The translations under genes were made by a program, and so were the position numbers. Source: Lama guanicoe (Eukaryota). From it: a stretch of 64,000 nucleotides of DNA. Each line of letters starts with the position of its first letter. Position 1 is the first letter of the stretch. The stretch covers positions 3,702,303-3,766,302 of the forward strand of contig MU053513.1 in NCBI GenBank assembly GCA_013239625.1. The letters run 5' to 3'. Positions 12,753-26,323 of the stretch are shown here, piece by piece. Below the pieces are notes generated by a model. That model had not been told where the DNA came from. It worked only from the letters and a program-made list of their open reading frames with translations, and made no database searches.

Positions 12753-14355
12753 GTAAGTGGTGATTATTTTGCCCTTAGAAACAGAGAATCTATCAATAAA
12801 TTATTTAATTCGGTTGCCTTATTTCACAGCTGAAAAGCTGAAGCCGAGAATGGTCCCATGAATGGCCCAAGGTCCCAGGGATAGTTAGGAAGGAAGCCAG
12901 AGCTATAAGCCCCTTCTGACTCCAGCCAGGGCTGTTCCACTGGAGCTTGGTGAGGTTTTGGGTTTGGCTGCATAAATACACACATAAAAGACTAACAGTT
13001 GATTTTTAAAAGCCCAGTCAGATTGATTATTTGGTGCTCTATGAGCACACACACAGACACTCAAACATGCTCACCTCTGAATTCAGCCAAAAAGTTTGTT
13101 GAGATGCCTGAGACATGATGGTGGGGCATATACTTGTCTTTATCACTTGAAATTTGAAATATTTATATGTCTTCTGAATTAATCAACATTTTATTTCTTT
13201 AAAAATTTTAAACTTTAACTCTGCTTAGAAGAAAATTAAATAATCACTTATTTTCTTTTGTTAAGGATATAATCCCAACTATAGGGAAAAACCTTTACAT
13301 AAAGATGTCCATCACAGTGTTATTCAAAAGAATCAAAAAAAAGAAGAGAAAGAAAATTAAAAGGAAACACTGTATTATCCAAGAGTACATGAATGCTTCA
13401 ATCAATTATAATGTATTCATTAAATGAAATATTTTAGAAAAGTTACATATACGTATTGTGTATATATTACAATGTTAATTCAAATGAAAAATTCTGTATG
13501 TATTATAATGATAAGCATGTATAAATTAAAATAAACAAAACAAACTATTCAAAGAAAAAGATTGGAAAGAAATACGTGAAATATTAAGTGATTGTTTTGG
13601 AGGTAGCAAAACTATGACCATTTTCCTCTTCTTTCTTCTTTTTTCTTCTCTGTTTTCCACAATGAGTACATATTTCTTTTAATATGGAAGAAAGACAAGA
13701 GTTGTCAATTTGAGTAGAAAGTCAGGTACCACTGAAGTAGCTGCCACCGAACATAATGTCTTCCATGCTCCTATCACTCTTCTCTGAATCATTAAAGACC
13801 CTCCAGCAAAGTTTAAGTCTGGGAAGCAACTGCATTTTACTAGGAAGCCCTGGGTAACAAGTGTCTGTAGCCAAAAACAATGTTACAAATTTTTATGCAA
13901 AAAGGTAAAAATGAATTATAGTCACTGAAGATAAAAAAAGGTATAAAAGTACGATAATCGTTCCTGCTATTACAAGTGCAGTTTGGTTAAATCACACAAT
14001 GTAAAATGTACACTGGGGATACAAAATAATAAGGCACAGACTTCTACAATCTAGTGAAGGAAACATTAAGGTAAACATTGAAATCAGCTTGTATCCTCTC
14101 TAAGAGGATATTAAGCATAGTACTTGATACAGTAGTGTACAGGTAATAAAATTCACTCATTAAATACCTTATAAGGAAATAAGTAATATTAAAAGAAAGA
14201 AACAAGGGACAAAACCTCATGTACTTATCGTTCTAAGTTAAAAAAAAATTTTACAGAAGAAGGACTGGAAGGAAATTCATCAAAATGTTGATGTAACTTG
14301 CTGTGGGTGATAAAACTAGGTTTAGTTCTGTATGTTCTTTCATGAAATAGTCTCT

Positions 14356-14712
14356 ACTTTCCAAATATGTAATGAGCATATTTAGTGATTGAAGCTAACC
14401 AATTAGATGAGTTACTGTCCAGAAAAAACAGGGTTAGGGGACTCTGTAGGTGGGAACAGTCATACTGAAGGAGGGAAAGAAAGAACACACGGAAAGGCAG
14501 GAGGGAGGGCAGGAGAGAATCTGGGCATGTAAACCAAGGGAAGAGAATTTCAAAAGGCAGGGCTTGTTTCCCATGTCAGAGACTCAGAAAGATTAGCTCA
14601 TTCAACAGCAAATATTTACGGAGTTCCACTGTGGTCCACTTTCCAAATATCTAATGAGCTTATTTAGTATTTGAAGCTGACAGATTGGATGAGTTATTTC
14701 CCAGAAGGAACA
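14356..14712. repeat. Diverged 75-bp direct repeat (14356-14430 and 14638-14712)
   Basis: Ungapped alignment, 62/75 identical by hand count. Confidence 0.85.
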
Positions 14713-15331
14713 TGTAGAACAAGGGTGTGGGCCATTTTTGATAGTTTAGAATTTCCATTTCCAGCACCTTTAAAAAAAGAAAAACTTGCAAGTGAAAAAG
14801 CTGGAAGGGAGACAAATTATTAAGACTTTACAAATAAAAATTCAATTGTCTTAGTAGCTTACAGTTTAAGCTGTTCCTTCTTTCCCAAGGAATTGTTCAC
14901 TAACCTCTGGTTTTCAAGGTTTCACTCAAGGGAGTATCTAAGAATTTTTTTTTAATAACAAAATTAAATTCATCCAGTCGTTCTAGTAAATATAGCCTTT
15001 TATTAAAACGTGTTTACCATGCGAGGTACGTTGTCAGCATTACTCTCACAAAACCTGTGCTGTGTGTCCTGCTCACAGGTACGTGACGCCTATACCTTGT
15101 ATCAGGTAATCAACAGGTTTAAATGTAGCTTCTGATTGTGATTGTATTTGCTTCTATATCAGCCTTAGCACCATCAGAGAATCCGATTATCTAATAATGG
15201 GCAATTATCTATACTGAGCAATGTATACATTGTCTAGCAAGAATTTGATTCTAAATAACAGAAAGCTTAAGAAAGGGAGGACATCATGAAGGAAGATAAG
15301 TGATTACCATAATTTTAATTTGTTTTTACAG

Positions 15332-15455
15332 TTCTCCAGAGATGCTTCCCTGACTTCTCTACTCAAAATGGCACTTTAACAGTAGGAAATAAGACAGTAT
15401 TTGAAGACGGAAGTGGAAGGACAAGAAATGCTGTCGAACTCAGGGCAGCTGCGAA
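15332..15455 (+). CDS. SLC44A5: SLC44A5 exon, 124 nt: (F)[40 protein letters not shown](N)
   Basis: tttttacag|TT ... GCGAA|gtatgt. Confidence 0.93.
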
Positions 15456-15754
15456 GTATGTTTATCTACATTCCCAGCTTCCATTCTGGTACATCTCAGG
15501 ATTACACCCAAACTAAAATGTCCATTAGGTTAAAGGTTATAGAGGAAGAATGATGGATTATGTGAAACATCCATGTCTCACTGTGGACTGGAGAACTTGG
15601 TATGTGTTCAATTAGGAAAACCAAGTAAAAGAGAAACCAGAAGGAATTCAAAAGAACAATTCTGTTTTTCAAGAGTGTTAAAGTTTTCATTATCAGCGGG
15701 TATAGAAATGAGACATCAGGAAACATACTGAAAGTCCTTAATATAATTTACTTT

Positions 15755-15856
15755 TTTTTAAACTGAAGTATAGTCAGTTTACACTGTTGTGTCAATTTCT
15801 GGTGTACAGCACACTAGTTCAGTCATACATATACAAACATAGATTCATTTTCATAT
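15755..15856 (-). mobile_element. Short 5'-truncated L1 3' tail with 13-bp TSD
   Basis: Matches the reverse of the L1 tail near 57900-57985; tataatttacttt at 15742-15754 and 15857-15869. Confidence 0.75.
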
Positions 15857-16269
15857 TATAATTTACTTTAATGAGCATAATTTAAACACCTGGGCTTTTT
15901 TAAAAGCACAATTTTTCTTTTAAAAAATAACTGAAATGATAAAACTACCAGATGTTTTAAAGGAAAGGGGACCTTAAGAAAGATAAAACAACCATGACGC
16001 CACTATTTCAGTACCGTGTCAAATTTCTGTGTGCTAACCACAGTGGAGTAAATTTTCTGTTTCCCTTCGCTGTCTGCATGGTGGTGTTCCCAAGTTATTG
16101 GGAAATATAATTCCCTGTGTTACCACAACACACGTGTGCACAAGCATGAACACACATAGTACCCTCCCATAGCTCTGTTGTTAAAAATGAAAAATGAAGA
16201 TATTCTTAAAATTTATTGTTCTTTCTCAAAAAATTTTAGCAGTCCAAGTAGAATAGTGCAGATCCTGCA

Positions 16270-16610
16270 TATTTAGAATATATTAGCAACATGGATGGAT
16301 TTCACAAATACAAAGCTATGTGAAAGAAATCATAAAGTAATAGTGCAAGTCCATTGATCAAAATTTTTTAAGTGAGCACAACTACATTAAGTTATCCTAT
16401 GGTGCATATATAAGTGGTAAAACTAAAGAGAAAACTAGGAAATTGTAATCACAAAAGTCAGGATTATGGTTACTTTAGGGAAAGGGCAAGGTGTGTAATG
16501 GGGGCACCCAAGGGAAAGGAATGACAATGTGGTAGTTGCGTAAGTGTGTTCACTTTGATAATTCATCAGACTGGACACTAATAATTTGTGCACTGTTCTG
16601 AATGTGCCCC
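16270..16610 (+). mobile_element. Old L1 (L1ME-like) 3' UTR fragment
   Basis: gcaacatggatggatttcacaaa, aaagtcaggattatggttac and tttgtgcactgttctg. Confidence 0.6.
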
Positions 16611-17018
16611 TCTGTGCCTTCCTGCTACAGCGCTGTCAGAGGATTAGGAAGGGGAATTAGCTATGATATTCATTCTTGGCTCTATGGATTTTGTAATTTA
16701 AAAGCTGATCTTATCATTTCAATTCATGTCTTACCGTGAGGTTCCTGCAACACTGAGGGTGTGTTGCATATGTTGGAAAAGAGTCTCTTTACTATTCTTG
16801 AAAGTCATGTTCCCTCCGTGTGTGGCTACAGCTACCTTTGTAGGTTTACCAAAGTGACATCTCATGTAGTGTTGTGACTAGGAAAAGTCATGACTAATAA
16901 ATGGTTTCTAAAAATATGCTTAGAACAGCAGCTTGAAAATCTCTTTTATCATAACAAGAACATTTCTGTTCAGTGGTAGTCAAAAAAATAATTGATTTTT
17001 TTCCTTCTTTGAATTCAG

Positions 17019-17102
17019 TGGTGTCAATAGAGTCCTTGATGCGAGGGCAATTGGAATAAAAGTGTTTGAAGACTATGCAACAACTTGGTATTGGATTCTC
17101 AT
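17019..17102 (+). CDS. SLC44A5: SLC44A5 exon, 84 nt: (N)[27 protein letters not shown](I)
   Basis: gaattcag|T ... CTCAT|gtaagt. Confidence 0.93.
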
Positions 17103-17487
17103 GTAAGTGAAAACATAAGTGTTTCTTCTCCGGCTGCATTCTGATTTGATCTTTGTAGACCTCTTTCTTCCAATTCCCTGTTCATATTCATGAATCACAG
17201 GCTGACTCAGATCTCAGTTCCTGCCACTTTCTTTTTCAGGCAGAGTGAAGATGAGGAAGAGATATTTGAAAATCTGCCCAGTGTTAGCAGAAAGTTACAA
17301 GAATATACATTTTAATTTTAGTCACTAAATTACACGTAAAAGTACTCTTTAAACAGATACCTCAAGTCACATGGGGCCTCATCTGTAGTAAGTTTGCTCT
17401 TCATCACATCTTAACAGTGGATGCAGTGTTATTTCTCTGGTTCTCATTTGTCCTTCCCTTGACCTCCAAACAATCATCTTATTATTA

Positions 17488-17988
17488 TTTTTTTAAACAT
17501 TTTTTTGTTGAGTTATAGTCATTTTACAATGTTGTGTCATATTCCTGTGTAGAGCACAATTTTTCAGTTATACATGAACATATATATATTCATTGTCACA
17601 TTTTTTTTCTCTGAGTTACCATAGGATCTTGTGTATATTTCCCTGTGCTATACAGTATAATTTTGTTTATCTATTCTACAATTTTGAAATCCCATCTGTC
17701 CCTTCCCACCCTCCGCCCCCTTGGCAACCACAAGTTTGTATTCTATGTCTATGAGTCTATTTCTGTTTTGTATTTATGCTTTGTTTTTTGGTTTTTTTGT
17801 TTTGTTTTTTTTTTAGATTCCACATATGAGCGATCTCATATGGTATTTTTCTTTCTCTTTCTGGCTGACTTCACTTAGAATGACATTCTCCAGGAGCATC
17901 CATGTTGCTGCAAATGGCATTACGTTGTCAGTTTTTATGGCTGAGTAGTATTCCATTGTATAAATATACCACATCTTCTTTATCCAGT
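17488..17988 (-). mobile_element. Young L1 3' end (~500 bp), 5'-truncated
   Basis: Poly-T head, then the reverse of the L1 3' UTR/ORF2 end (ccatgttgctgcaaatggca, agtattccattgta). Confidence 0.85.
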
Positions 17989-18041
17989 TGACTTCCCAAG
18001 ATTTAATAATAAATTACTTGCCATTTTGTGTTCCTCATACC

Positions 18042-18046
<5 letters not shown>

Positions 18047-18075
<29 letters not shown>
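18047..18075. repeat. (TG)n microsatellite
   Basis: About 14 perfect TG units. Confidence 0.9.
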
Positions 18076-18077
<2 letters not shown>

Positions 18078-19966
18078 CCATACATAAACATATACCTGTC
18101 TTCTATATAGCACTTACCATCCTGTATTTTATTTACCTCTCTCTCTCCCTCTGATAAACTCTACCATGGTAACTATGTCTAATTCATCCTTATTTTCCCA
18201 ACTCCTAGTATGTTTCTTGGACCATAGAGATGTATAGAAAATGTGGGTTCAAGGAACAGTTATAAAAACACAAGGGGAACAAGACAAGATATATTTGACT
18301 ATAAGGTGCTTAATAAAGTCCAAATTGCATTGTGGGTATAATACTAGTGAGTAGTTTTTAGAGCTGTAAAACTAGACAGTTTTATGAGCTTTTGCTCATT
18401 TTGATGCTTTGTCTTAAACAATTACAGTAATTCTTCCCAGTGTGTATTTCAGGCTGTATCTCCATAGCAGAGATTGTGGACTCTGCTTGACAGGAAACCA
18501 GTGCCCCTATTGTCAGACCCACATATCACTAGATAACTTTTATGTTTCTTCTTTAGTTTGGTTTGTCCACTCTTCCTTGAACAGGGTGTAAATTATGACA
18601 GGCTCTCCTGCCCTCCCAACTCCCACCACACACATGGAAATACTCCTTACCCAGGCACCACTCCCACCACTAGAACCTAAACACCGCCCTTTTCCCCAAC
18701 TCTTCTGCTCTCGTCTATTTCATACACATAAAGCCAAAGACTGGCGTGCTGGGACTTAGTTTATTCAGTTAGAGTGTTTAATGTGGAAATTGAAAACACA
18801 CAGAGTAGTAAACAGCTATCTTCCTTTGTTTTCCCTCTGAGCTTTTTGAATATTCCCCTTGGACTATGCCATAGAATAGCTCTTCAGCCCTATAGAGTGT
18901 TTCAGAATTAAAGTCTCTGTGGTTTTTGAAAGGGAATGACTTCTGAAGCTTAAAGCACAGGCTCTGCCAGACTGTGAGCTGAGATGGGGCTTTGACACGT
19001 GCTGTCATCGATCCAGTGACAGTCTTATTAATATTTTCTTTAAAAAATTTTTTTTTCCTTTTAAAGATAGCACTTGAAGACAGTGAACTCAATAAATGTG
19101 CCAGGCTCTGTCTGTTGCTGTTTGGAAGCTTGCAGATAGCACCAGGGGTGTCGGTTCTTAATAAGAAGCATCGGCCAGATTTCCAATCTTAGTGAGTTCT
19201 CTTTGATGAAATTACCTAGAAGAATCCAATTTGACTTTAACCTGGATACATGAGGGGAAAGGAAGTACCTCTGGTGGCTCAGTCAAACCCCAGGAAGAAA
19301 TCAAAACAGAAGGAAAATAGTCATGCTGTTGATTGCTCAATCAAGTTCATATGGCTCAGGAGACACAGAAGCCTTATCATGGCTCCAAATAATGGCCCAC
19401 AGACCACTGGGGACCTGAAATAAACGTCTGACGATGTTAAACATCACAAACTGTTAGAAATAATTAGACCACAATGATCATGGCTGCAAAATCATGGATT
19501 CGGGAGCTGCGTAGGAGTTACTTTGCTTGTCTCTCTGCCTTAAGCTTGTCCCTTACTGCTAGGCAGTCACATTGTGTCAGGTTTTTACCAGTCACCAGGC
19601 AGATGGAACAGCACAAATTCCTCGTGGGTTTGTTTTCCTGTTTATCCCTTGGTGGGTAGGTGGGAAGGAAAAAGAAATAGGACCACAGCAGACAGGAACT
19701 GTGTGTTTCCTGGAACAAGTGATTGACACAGGACTTCAGTTTACCTAGCCACACACAAATGACAGATGCATAGTGTCCCCGATGTTCCTGTTCTTTCACA
19801 TGACAGCCTTCACAGAACTATCCATACTTTTTAACGTAAATGTTTCCATAGCCAGATAAAGCAATCAAGGATTATTTTGAGGAGAAAAAAGAGTTGTCTT
19901 GCTGTTTTCCTCGTGTTACGCTTAGCACGCTGGAGCCCTGTGTGAGTTGTGCATTTCTTCCCGCAG

Positions 19967-20079
19967 CGGCCTGACCATTGCCATGCTCCTCAGCTGGTTG
20001 TTCGTGATACTCCTGAGGTTCACAGCTGGATTCCTCTTCTGGGTCTTCACCCTCGGTGTGATTGGGATTATAGCTTATG
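19967..20079 (+). CDS. SLC44A5: SLC44A5 exon, 113 nt (transmembrane): (I)[37 protein letters not shown](G)
   Basis: ttcccgcag|C ... TATG|gtaggt. Confidence 0.94.
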
Positions 20080-20711
20080 GTAGGTATTGCCTCTCTTAAA
20101 ATCACCAAATGTCAACAACGTAATCTTCTTTTCAGTTCCCATTGTCAGTTTTACTTGCCGTGAATCTTTCTTTCCTCCCCTCAAAAAAGGTGTTTATTTA
20201 ATTTTGCATATATTGTCCCTATTACTTATTTCTTCTTTATCTTGAGGAAAAAAAAAGTGCCATCAGCATGTTCTACTCTTTTTCCCTACCAGCCTTTGGT
20301 CTCGTGCCTCATGGGTATTAGGCAAGAGGTGAGAAGAATCCTTTTTAGGTTAATGGAAAATATTTCAGACAATTTCTTTTATCTCTTTGACTTTTCTATA
20401 TGATCAAAGGCCAGGTCTGCAGAGTTACAGAAGTGTGATCAATTTTCCCTTTCGATTGAGCACTTTTAATCCAGGTACTGTCACGCATTTTAATCGTTGG
20501 CCAGTACACCTTAATGAGGCAACACCCTCTAGAGGCAAGTACTCTGAATTACACTCACTGGATGGAGAATAACTTTATTTCAAGGTTGAGATCTAATTAC
20601 CAACTCAGTCCTGCCAAATGCCGTACAGGTGAAATGCAAACACTGAAAAAGGAATTAAAGTCTCTCCTAAGGAACCGTATAGCACTTGTGGCAGCTTCTT
20701 TTCAGTCTTCT

Positions 20712-20872
20712 TTTTTTTTTTTTAAACATTTTTTATTGATTCATAATCATTTTACAGTGTTGTGTCAAATTCCAGTGTTCAGCACAATTTTTCAGTCATT
20801 CATGGACATATACACACTCATTGTCACATTTTTTTCTCTGTGATTTATCATAACATTTTGTGTATATTTCCC
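20712..20872 (-). mobile_element. Young L1 3' tail (~160 bp) with perfect 14-bp TSD
   Basis: Closely similar to 17490-17645; cttttcagtcttct at 20698-20711 and 20873-20886. Confidence 0.88.
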
Positions 20873-21079
20873 CTTTTCAGTCTTCTAATAAATGTTTGGG
20901 CCAACAGAGGAATGTTTGAGAGGTTTCTATTCAAAGGAATGATTTTCCCTACAACACTGTTTAGCGTGACAATGAGATTGTACAGTCACAGACACACACA
21001 CACAGAATTCCTCTTTCTGTAACTCAGAGAAGGACTTTATCAGAATAAGAATGTAGCAGAATCCCCCAAATTTATAATT

Positions 21080-21300
21080 AGCTTAAGTTCTAATCCCAGC
21101 TCCATAATGTAACCGGGGGACTTCAGAAACATTTCCCAGTGATTATAAGACTCAGTTTCCTTATCCATAAGATCAGCACAATAATGGTATCTCCATCTCA
21201 CAGAACTGTGAGGGTTAAATGAGACAACGACTATAAAGCTCTTAGATCAGTCCCTGGAACACAGTTAACACTCAGTATGTGCTGCGTTATTGTTATCCTC
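21080..21300 (+). mobile_element. MIR SINE
   Basis: ctcagtttccttatccataag and gtgagggttaaatgaga. Confidence 0.75.
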
Positions 21301-22074
21301 ACTGGGTTTCTAGACCATCCTTCGGGTCTCTCCAGGTATCATTCCGTATCTACCCCTGCTGTGCAGCTGCCTGTGAAGAGGTGGGTCAGTCTGGTGGAGG
21401 AACCCAAGAACTGCTGTCGCCTAGTCTGAAACTCCCAAGAAAACTTTTTGTCTTAAAGTTTTGTTTTGTTTCTTTCCACCTTGGAGTTCAGAATATCCCC
21501 TGCCCTTTGCCATCTTAGAGTTTGGGCATGCGAGTCCATCATTTATTGTCCTCAAGAAGGGAAGAGCAGTAAAACATCTGCTGTTGATTTCACTGGCTTG
21601 TCTTAATAAGGAGCAAGAAAAATCTGAGATTGACTAGAGTGCAACTTTGACAATGGCAAAAGGGAGAAGGATGTTCGGTATATAAAAAGTACAGTTAAAA
21701 CAACCGATTTCAGCTCCTTATTGACTCCCTAGGTAGTGCTAACTCAGCAATTAATGCTGTGGCTAGTAAGCTTGACGCTATTTGTTGGGTGGGAAAATGT
21801 CCAACCTGACTGGAGAGTGTAAGTAACTCAGACTGTATGTAACTCGCCTCTGCTACTGTTCGGACAGTGGACTTTCTACGGGTCATGGGAGACAACCATT
21901 TCCTACTGACAGCAGCCTGTTTGCTAGAGCAAAGAACAATGTGGATATGTCATACTGAGCTGAGAAAAGTCCAAGCTGTTTGTGGCCAAATGCTCACAAA
22001 CAGCAGTGGAACAATTCTTATTGACCAGAACAAGTTAAGAGCTACACAAGAGAGGCCGTATAACACCATGGTTA

Positions 22075-22275
22075 CAAACATGTATTTAGAGTTTGAAAAA
22101 GGCACAATCCTAGATTCATCACATATTAATTGTGTGATTCTCTGCAAATACACAGTGTCTTTAATTCACAGTTTCCTTACCTATACAATAGGAATCTGAG
22201 TGTTAAATAATGTATATAAAGAACCTAGAAAGCTGTCTAGCACATAGTAATTGTTCAATAAACGATATCTATTAT
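22075..22275 (+). mobile_element. MIR SINE
   Basis: cagtttccttacctatacaatagga and tctagcacatagtaa...tcaataaa. Confidence 0.65.
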
Positions 22276-23000
22276 TTTGTTATTATGCAGGAATATTATT
22301 GAGGAAAGAGCACTTGAAGCCCAGGGAATGTTAGAAACAAACAAAGAAAATACTAGCACAGGAATGAGAAAGCAATAGAAAAATAAATTGGAAAACACTG
22401 CTGAGACTTTGATATCCACCAGTATGAAGGAACTGAATAATCTGAAGGGCCCTCTTGCTCTGAAATAATGGCATAAAATCATATTGTATTGTATTATATA
22501 ATGTATTGTTTTGATGAGCTTACAGGAAATAAAGGAAATCTCCTCAAAAGGAAAAAAAATTAAAAGCTAAAAAATGCAGAAGCACGTGTGAAATTATGGG
22601 TGGACCACACCAGTACTACAATCAGGAGACTTAGAGCCAGCAGAAGAGTAGATCAGACCTGAACGCCTGGAGTAGATCTGGGATCCTGGAAAATGTATAA
22701 AGTGACCCCAGTTTGGTAGTACTCTTTGGATGCCAACAGAAAAAAATATAAATCCCCTCTAGATGAAAGCACCTTCAATTTAGATCACCAGGTTTCCACA
22801 GATTAAGATGAACAAAGTATGAGTTGCAGTCAAAGATTACCAAACATGCAAGGGAATGATCTTTTGCAAGAAACAAACAACAAAAACTATAAACCTCAGA
22901 TTGAGGTCTCCAAGAAATTCAAGTATGGATAAATAGATACAGAACACGAAATAATCATGTCTAAAATGTTTCAGAATTAAAGACAGAATTTAAAAAATCA

Positions 23001-23084
23001 GAAAAATTGTGCTCTACACTGGAATTTGACACAACATTGTAAAATGATTATAAATCAATAAAAAATGTTAAATTAATTAATTAA
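23001..23084 (+). mobile_element. Very short young L1 3' tail inside an older L1 remnant (~22400-23560)
   Basis: gaaaaattgtgctctacactggaatttgacacaacattgtaaaatga is the reverse of 17520-17565; flanked by ttaaaaaatca at 22990-23000 and 23085-23095. Confidence 0.75.
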
Positions 23085-24613
23085 TTAAAAAATCATCAAA
23101 AATATCCAGGCATACATGAAGATGAACCAAAGAGAACAAAACAAAGCAATAAAGTGTTAGATTAAAAATTAAATTGATCAATTAAATAGTAAAATAGATA
23201 ATTAAAGGAGTGAAAGATGAATCTCTGAAACAATTACTCAAAATACAGCAGAATGTGACAAGAGGACAAAATATGATTGTTTGGTAAAGGAGATAGTAGA
23301 CTGAGAAGGGTCTAACATCTATCAGCATATTTGAAAGGTATTAGCTGAGAATTTTCTAGAACTGATGAAAGATATAAATCCGTAGAGACAGAAAACTCTA
23401 TTATACGAAGGAAAGTGTAATTGGAGCAAAATTAAGGTTATAAAATCTTAAGATAGGTGATACATTCATATGTGTTTATTTTGCTGTATCTTTAAAACCA
23501 TCTGCATTACATATAAGTTTGTGTGTATCAAATATTCCATAAAGCATTTTAAAAGGAACTTTAAAAAATTCCCAGGGAAAGCAGTGCCTAAAATAAAGAG
23601 ATTTATCATACAGCTCTTTGAGAAACAACTGTCCTTTCTAACTTAGTCTTGTGTCTCTCCATAGACCTCACTGTCTGACCTTGTATCTAGAAACAAATCG
23701 TTAATTTACTGTTAGAGGTTTTAAAAGCCATTTTCCTCATCATTGCTAGAACATTTCCAATGGACCTAGTCCAGACCCATTGGTCATTAAAATAAATAGA
23801 TCTTTTAACTCTATTTTTTACTCCCACTTTATGTAGACCATGTGAAAAGTCATATATAGTCTGAAATACAGAGTCTTGGGGAAAATACAGTAAGTCCATG
23901 TTTGCCTTACCTGGACACAATTTTGATAAGAATAAGCTTTGAGATAGTCCCATCAAGACATGTCTTCACCATCAAGACATTTCGATGATTTTTAAAAATT
24001 TGCTTTTTAAATAGATTATGTGTTAAAATTTCAAAGGACAAAAAGATGATACAGTGAATTTTTTTCCTTTTCATTCTGTTCCTTAGTCACCAAGTTTCCC
24101 TCCCTGGAAGCAAAAAATATTATATTTCTGTGTATCCTCCCAGAGATACTTTATGAATGTATAAGAAAATATATATATTGTTCTTCTTAAATGAATTATG
24201 ACATATTTTGTATCATTCTGTACTTTGCTTTCTTCACTTAACAAAACATCAAGTGACCATTCACTATCACTAGACTTTCCTTTTTTATGTGGAAACATAG
24301 TGTCTTACTGTACAAATATGCCTTGATTTATTTAACCAGTCGGTACTGATGGACATTAAAGTTATTTCTAGTCAAAAGGACATTTAAAGCCAGCTGTTGC
24401 CACAATCATCCAATTACTGAAAATATTTATATCGAATACAATAGTACATTTAGACTATTAGATGCACATAAAATATTTAATGTGTAAATATGACTCTTGC
24501 CTTCGTAAACATGACCATGTTGATCAAGTTCATGTAGATATATGTTATAAGTGCATAGCTTATATGTCAGAAAATAAGATTTTACATTAGTCTACTTTTC
24601 TCTCCTTTTCAAG

Positions 24614-24745
24614 GAATATGGCACTGTTACCAGGAATACAGTGATCTTCAGGGACAGCCAAATGCTCACTTAACTCTATACAACATCGGGATTCAGACTG
24701 ATATAAGCATGTACTTCCAACTGAGACAAACATGGTTCGCATTTA
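24614..24745 (+). CDS. SLC44A5: SLC44A5 exon, 132 nt: (G)[43 protein letters not shown](M)
   Basis: ccttttcaag|GA ... TTTA|gtgagt; the acceptor is the less common AAG. Confidence 0.93.
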
Positions 24746-26223
24746 GTGAGTGGATTTTAAAAACTTGTTTTTTTTAATTGTAGTAACAAGAAAGCATCTT
24801 TTTGTCTAAAGGAAAACTTGGGTGGGTATAACTTATTAAATACACTTGGCTAATGTTATCAAAATAAGTGTGTCTATAATACTACAAGGTAGAATAAGTG
24901 GAAAAATTATTGAAGGGAATTTATTACATAATCTAGGAAAATATTACTTTACATTAATCTCAAGCTATTTGCCCTCAACTTAAAATGAGTTGGATATGGA
25001 TGTTTATAGCCATTAATCTGATACCTAAGAAAGGTGTTTTAAAGGGGAAAGATGCTTGATTTTTCAAACTTGTTTTTAAAAAAAGAAAAAGGAAAAAGAG
25101 AAAAAATGAGTTTTCCATAACAAATGTTTTTAAACTCCTCATAATAGAATTGGAATAATAAGTAACTGAAAAGAAATTTAATTTTGAACTGTTTGTTTAG
25201 ATTATTAATTAGTTAAGGGTACTAGTAAAAAAATTTTAAAGCTAGGTGATTTCCAAGATGGCTTGAATTCTATATGCCTAGAATGGTTTTAGTATCATAT
25301 TCCTTGTACTGCACAGAGATTCATGCTCTTTGATCAAGCTTTTAAAAATAACCCCTAATTACATTGTGCTTTAAAAAATTGTCTTCATGAATCGGTGAAG
25401 TTAGAGAGAGCCAGGCAAGTCATGTTTGAGGAAGCCTGGTAAGGAGCCCAGAGGACTGTTTGGCTTCAAGTAAAAAGAAACAGATGAACAAGCTGGAGAC
25501 AAGGCCAGGGTTATTTATTTTCAGAACACAGAAGTATCTCACCAAACTCAAAAGAGCACAAAAGCAGCTGGACCTTCAAATGTACCTGGATCCAGGAAAC
25601 AAGAAGCCAGAAAGGACCCTAGGTTTCTTCTCCTTGCTCTTTCTTTACACACATACACTTCATTCTTTCTCTGCAGGTTCACTCATTTCACCTCAAGACG
25701 GTTTTGACAGAGTTTATTAAACTTGTATCATTCTTTGTTCAAGAGGTTTGTAAACATCAATTCAAAGCTGAACTAATTTCCCTGAATTCTGATTCTGAGA
25801 CCTGATTGCACGACTTGGGTTGGGTTTACACCCTGACTCCATCAGTGGCAGCCAGACCTTCTGCCGTGATTCTCTTACTCAAAGAAGTGAAAGGGAGCTG
25901 CCCGAAGCAGCCCCTCCTTCCTTCCACGCCTATTTCCTCATTTCTACAAACGCTGTGAAACGTTTCCACAGACAAAACGAAGCCTGTCCCTCCGAGTCGT
26001 TTAAATTCTAGCTAACGGTTTTGATCTAGGCTGCTTAGCGTTTCTGGGAGGTCTTGAAAGTGAATTTCTAAAACTGGCATTTTGGGAGCAGTGGCACTGC
26101 TGAAATTATGAGGTGTCAGCATTGGCAGAAACCATGATGACGCTCAGTCCTAACTTTTGCAGAGAAAGTTTACTTTTTGGATGGATTTGTACCGCACACT
26201 AATTTTTTTTTCCCTGTTTAAAG

Positions 26224-26323
26224 TGATAATACTCTGCATCCTTGAAGTGTTCGTCCTCCTCATGCTGATCTTCCTCAGGAACCGAATTCGCATCTCCATC
26301 GCCCTCCTGAAGGAGGGGAGCAA
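26224..26323 (+). CDS. SLC44A5: SLC44A5 exon, 100 nt: (M)[32 protein letters not shown](K)
   Basis: tgtttaaag|TG ... AGCAA|gtaagg; AAG acceptor. Confidence 0.93.

Noticed and set aside
23949..23981. ccatcaagacat duplicated around the palindrome aagacatgtctt (a p53 half-site)
   Set aside because: Only one half-site is present, and a small slippage duplication explains it.
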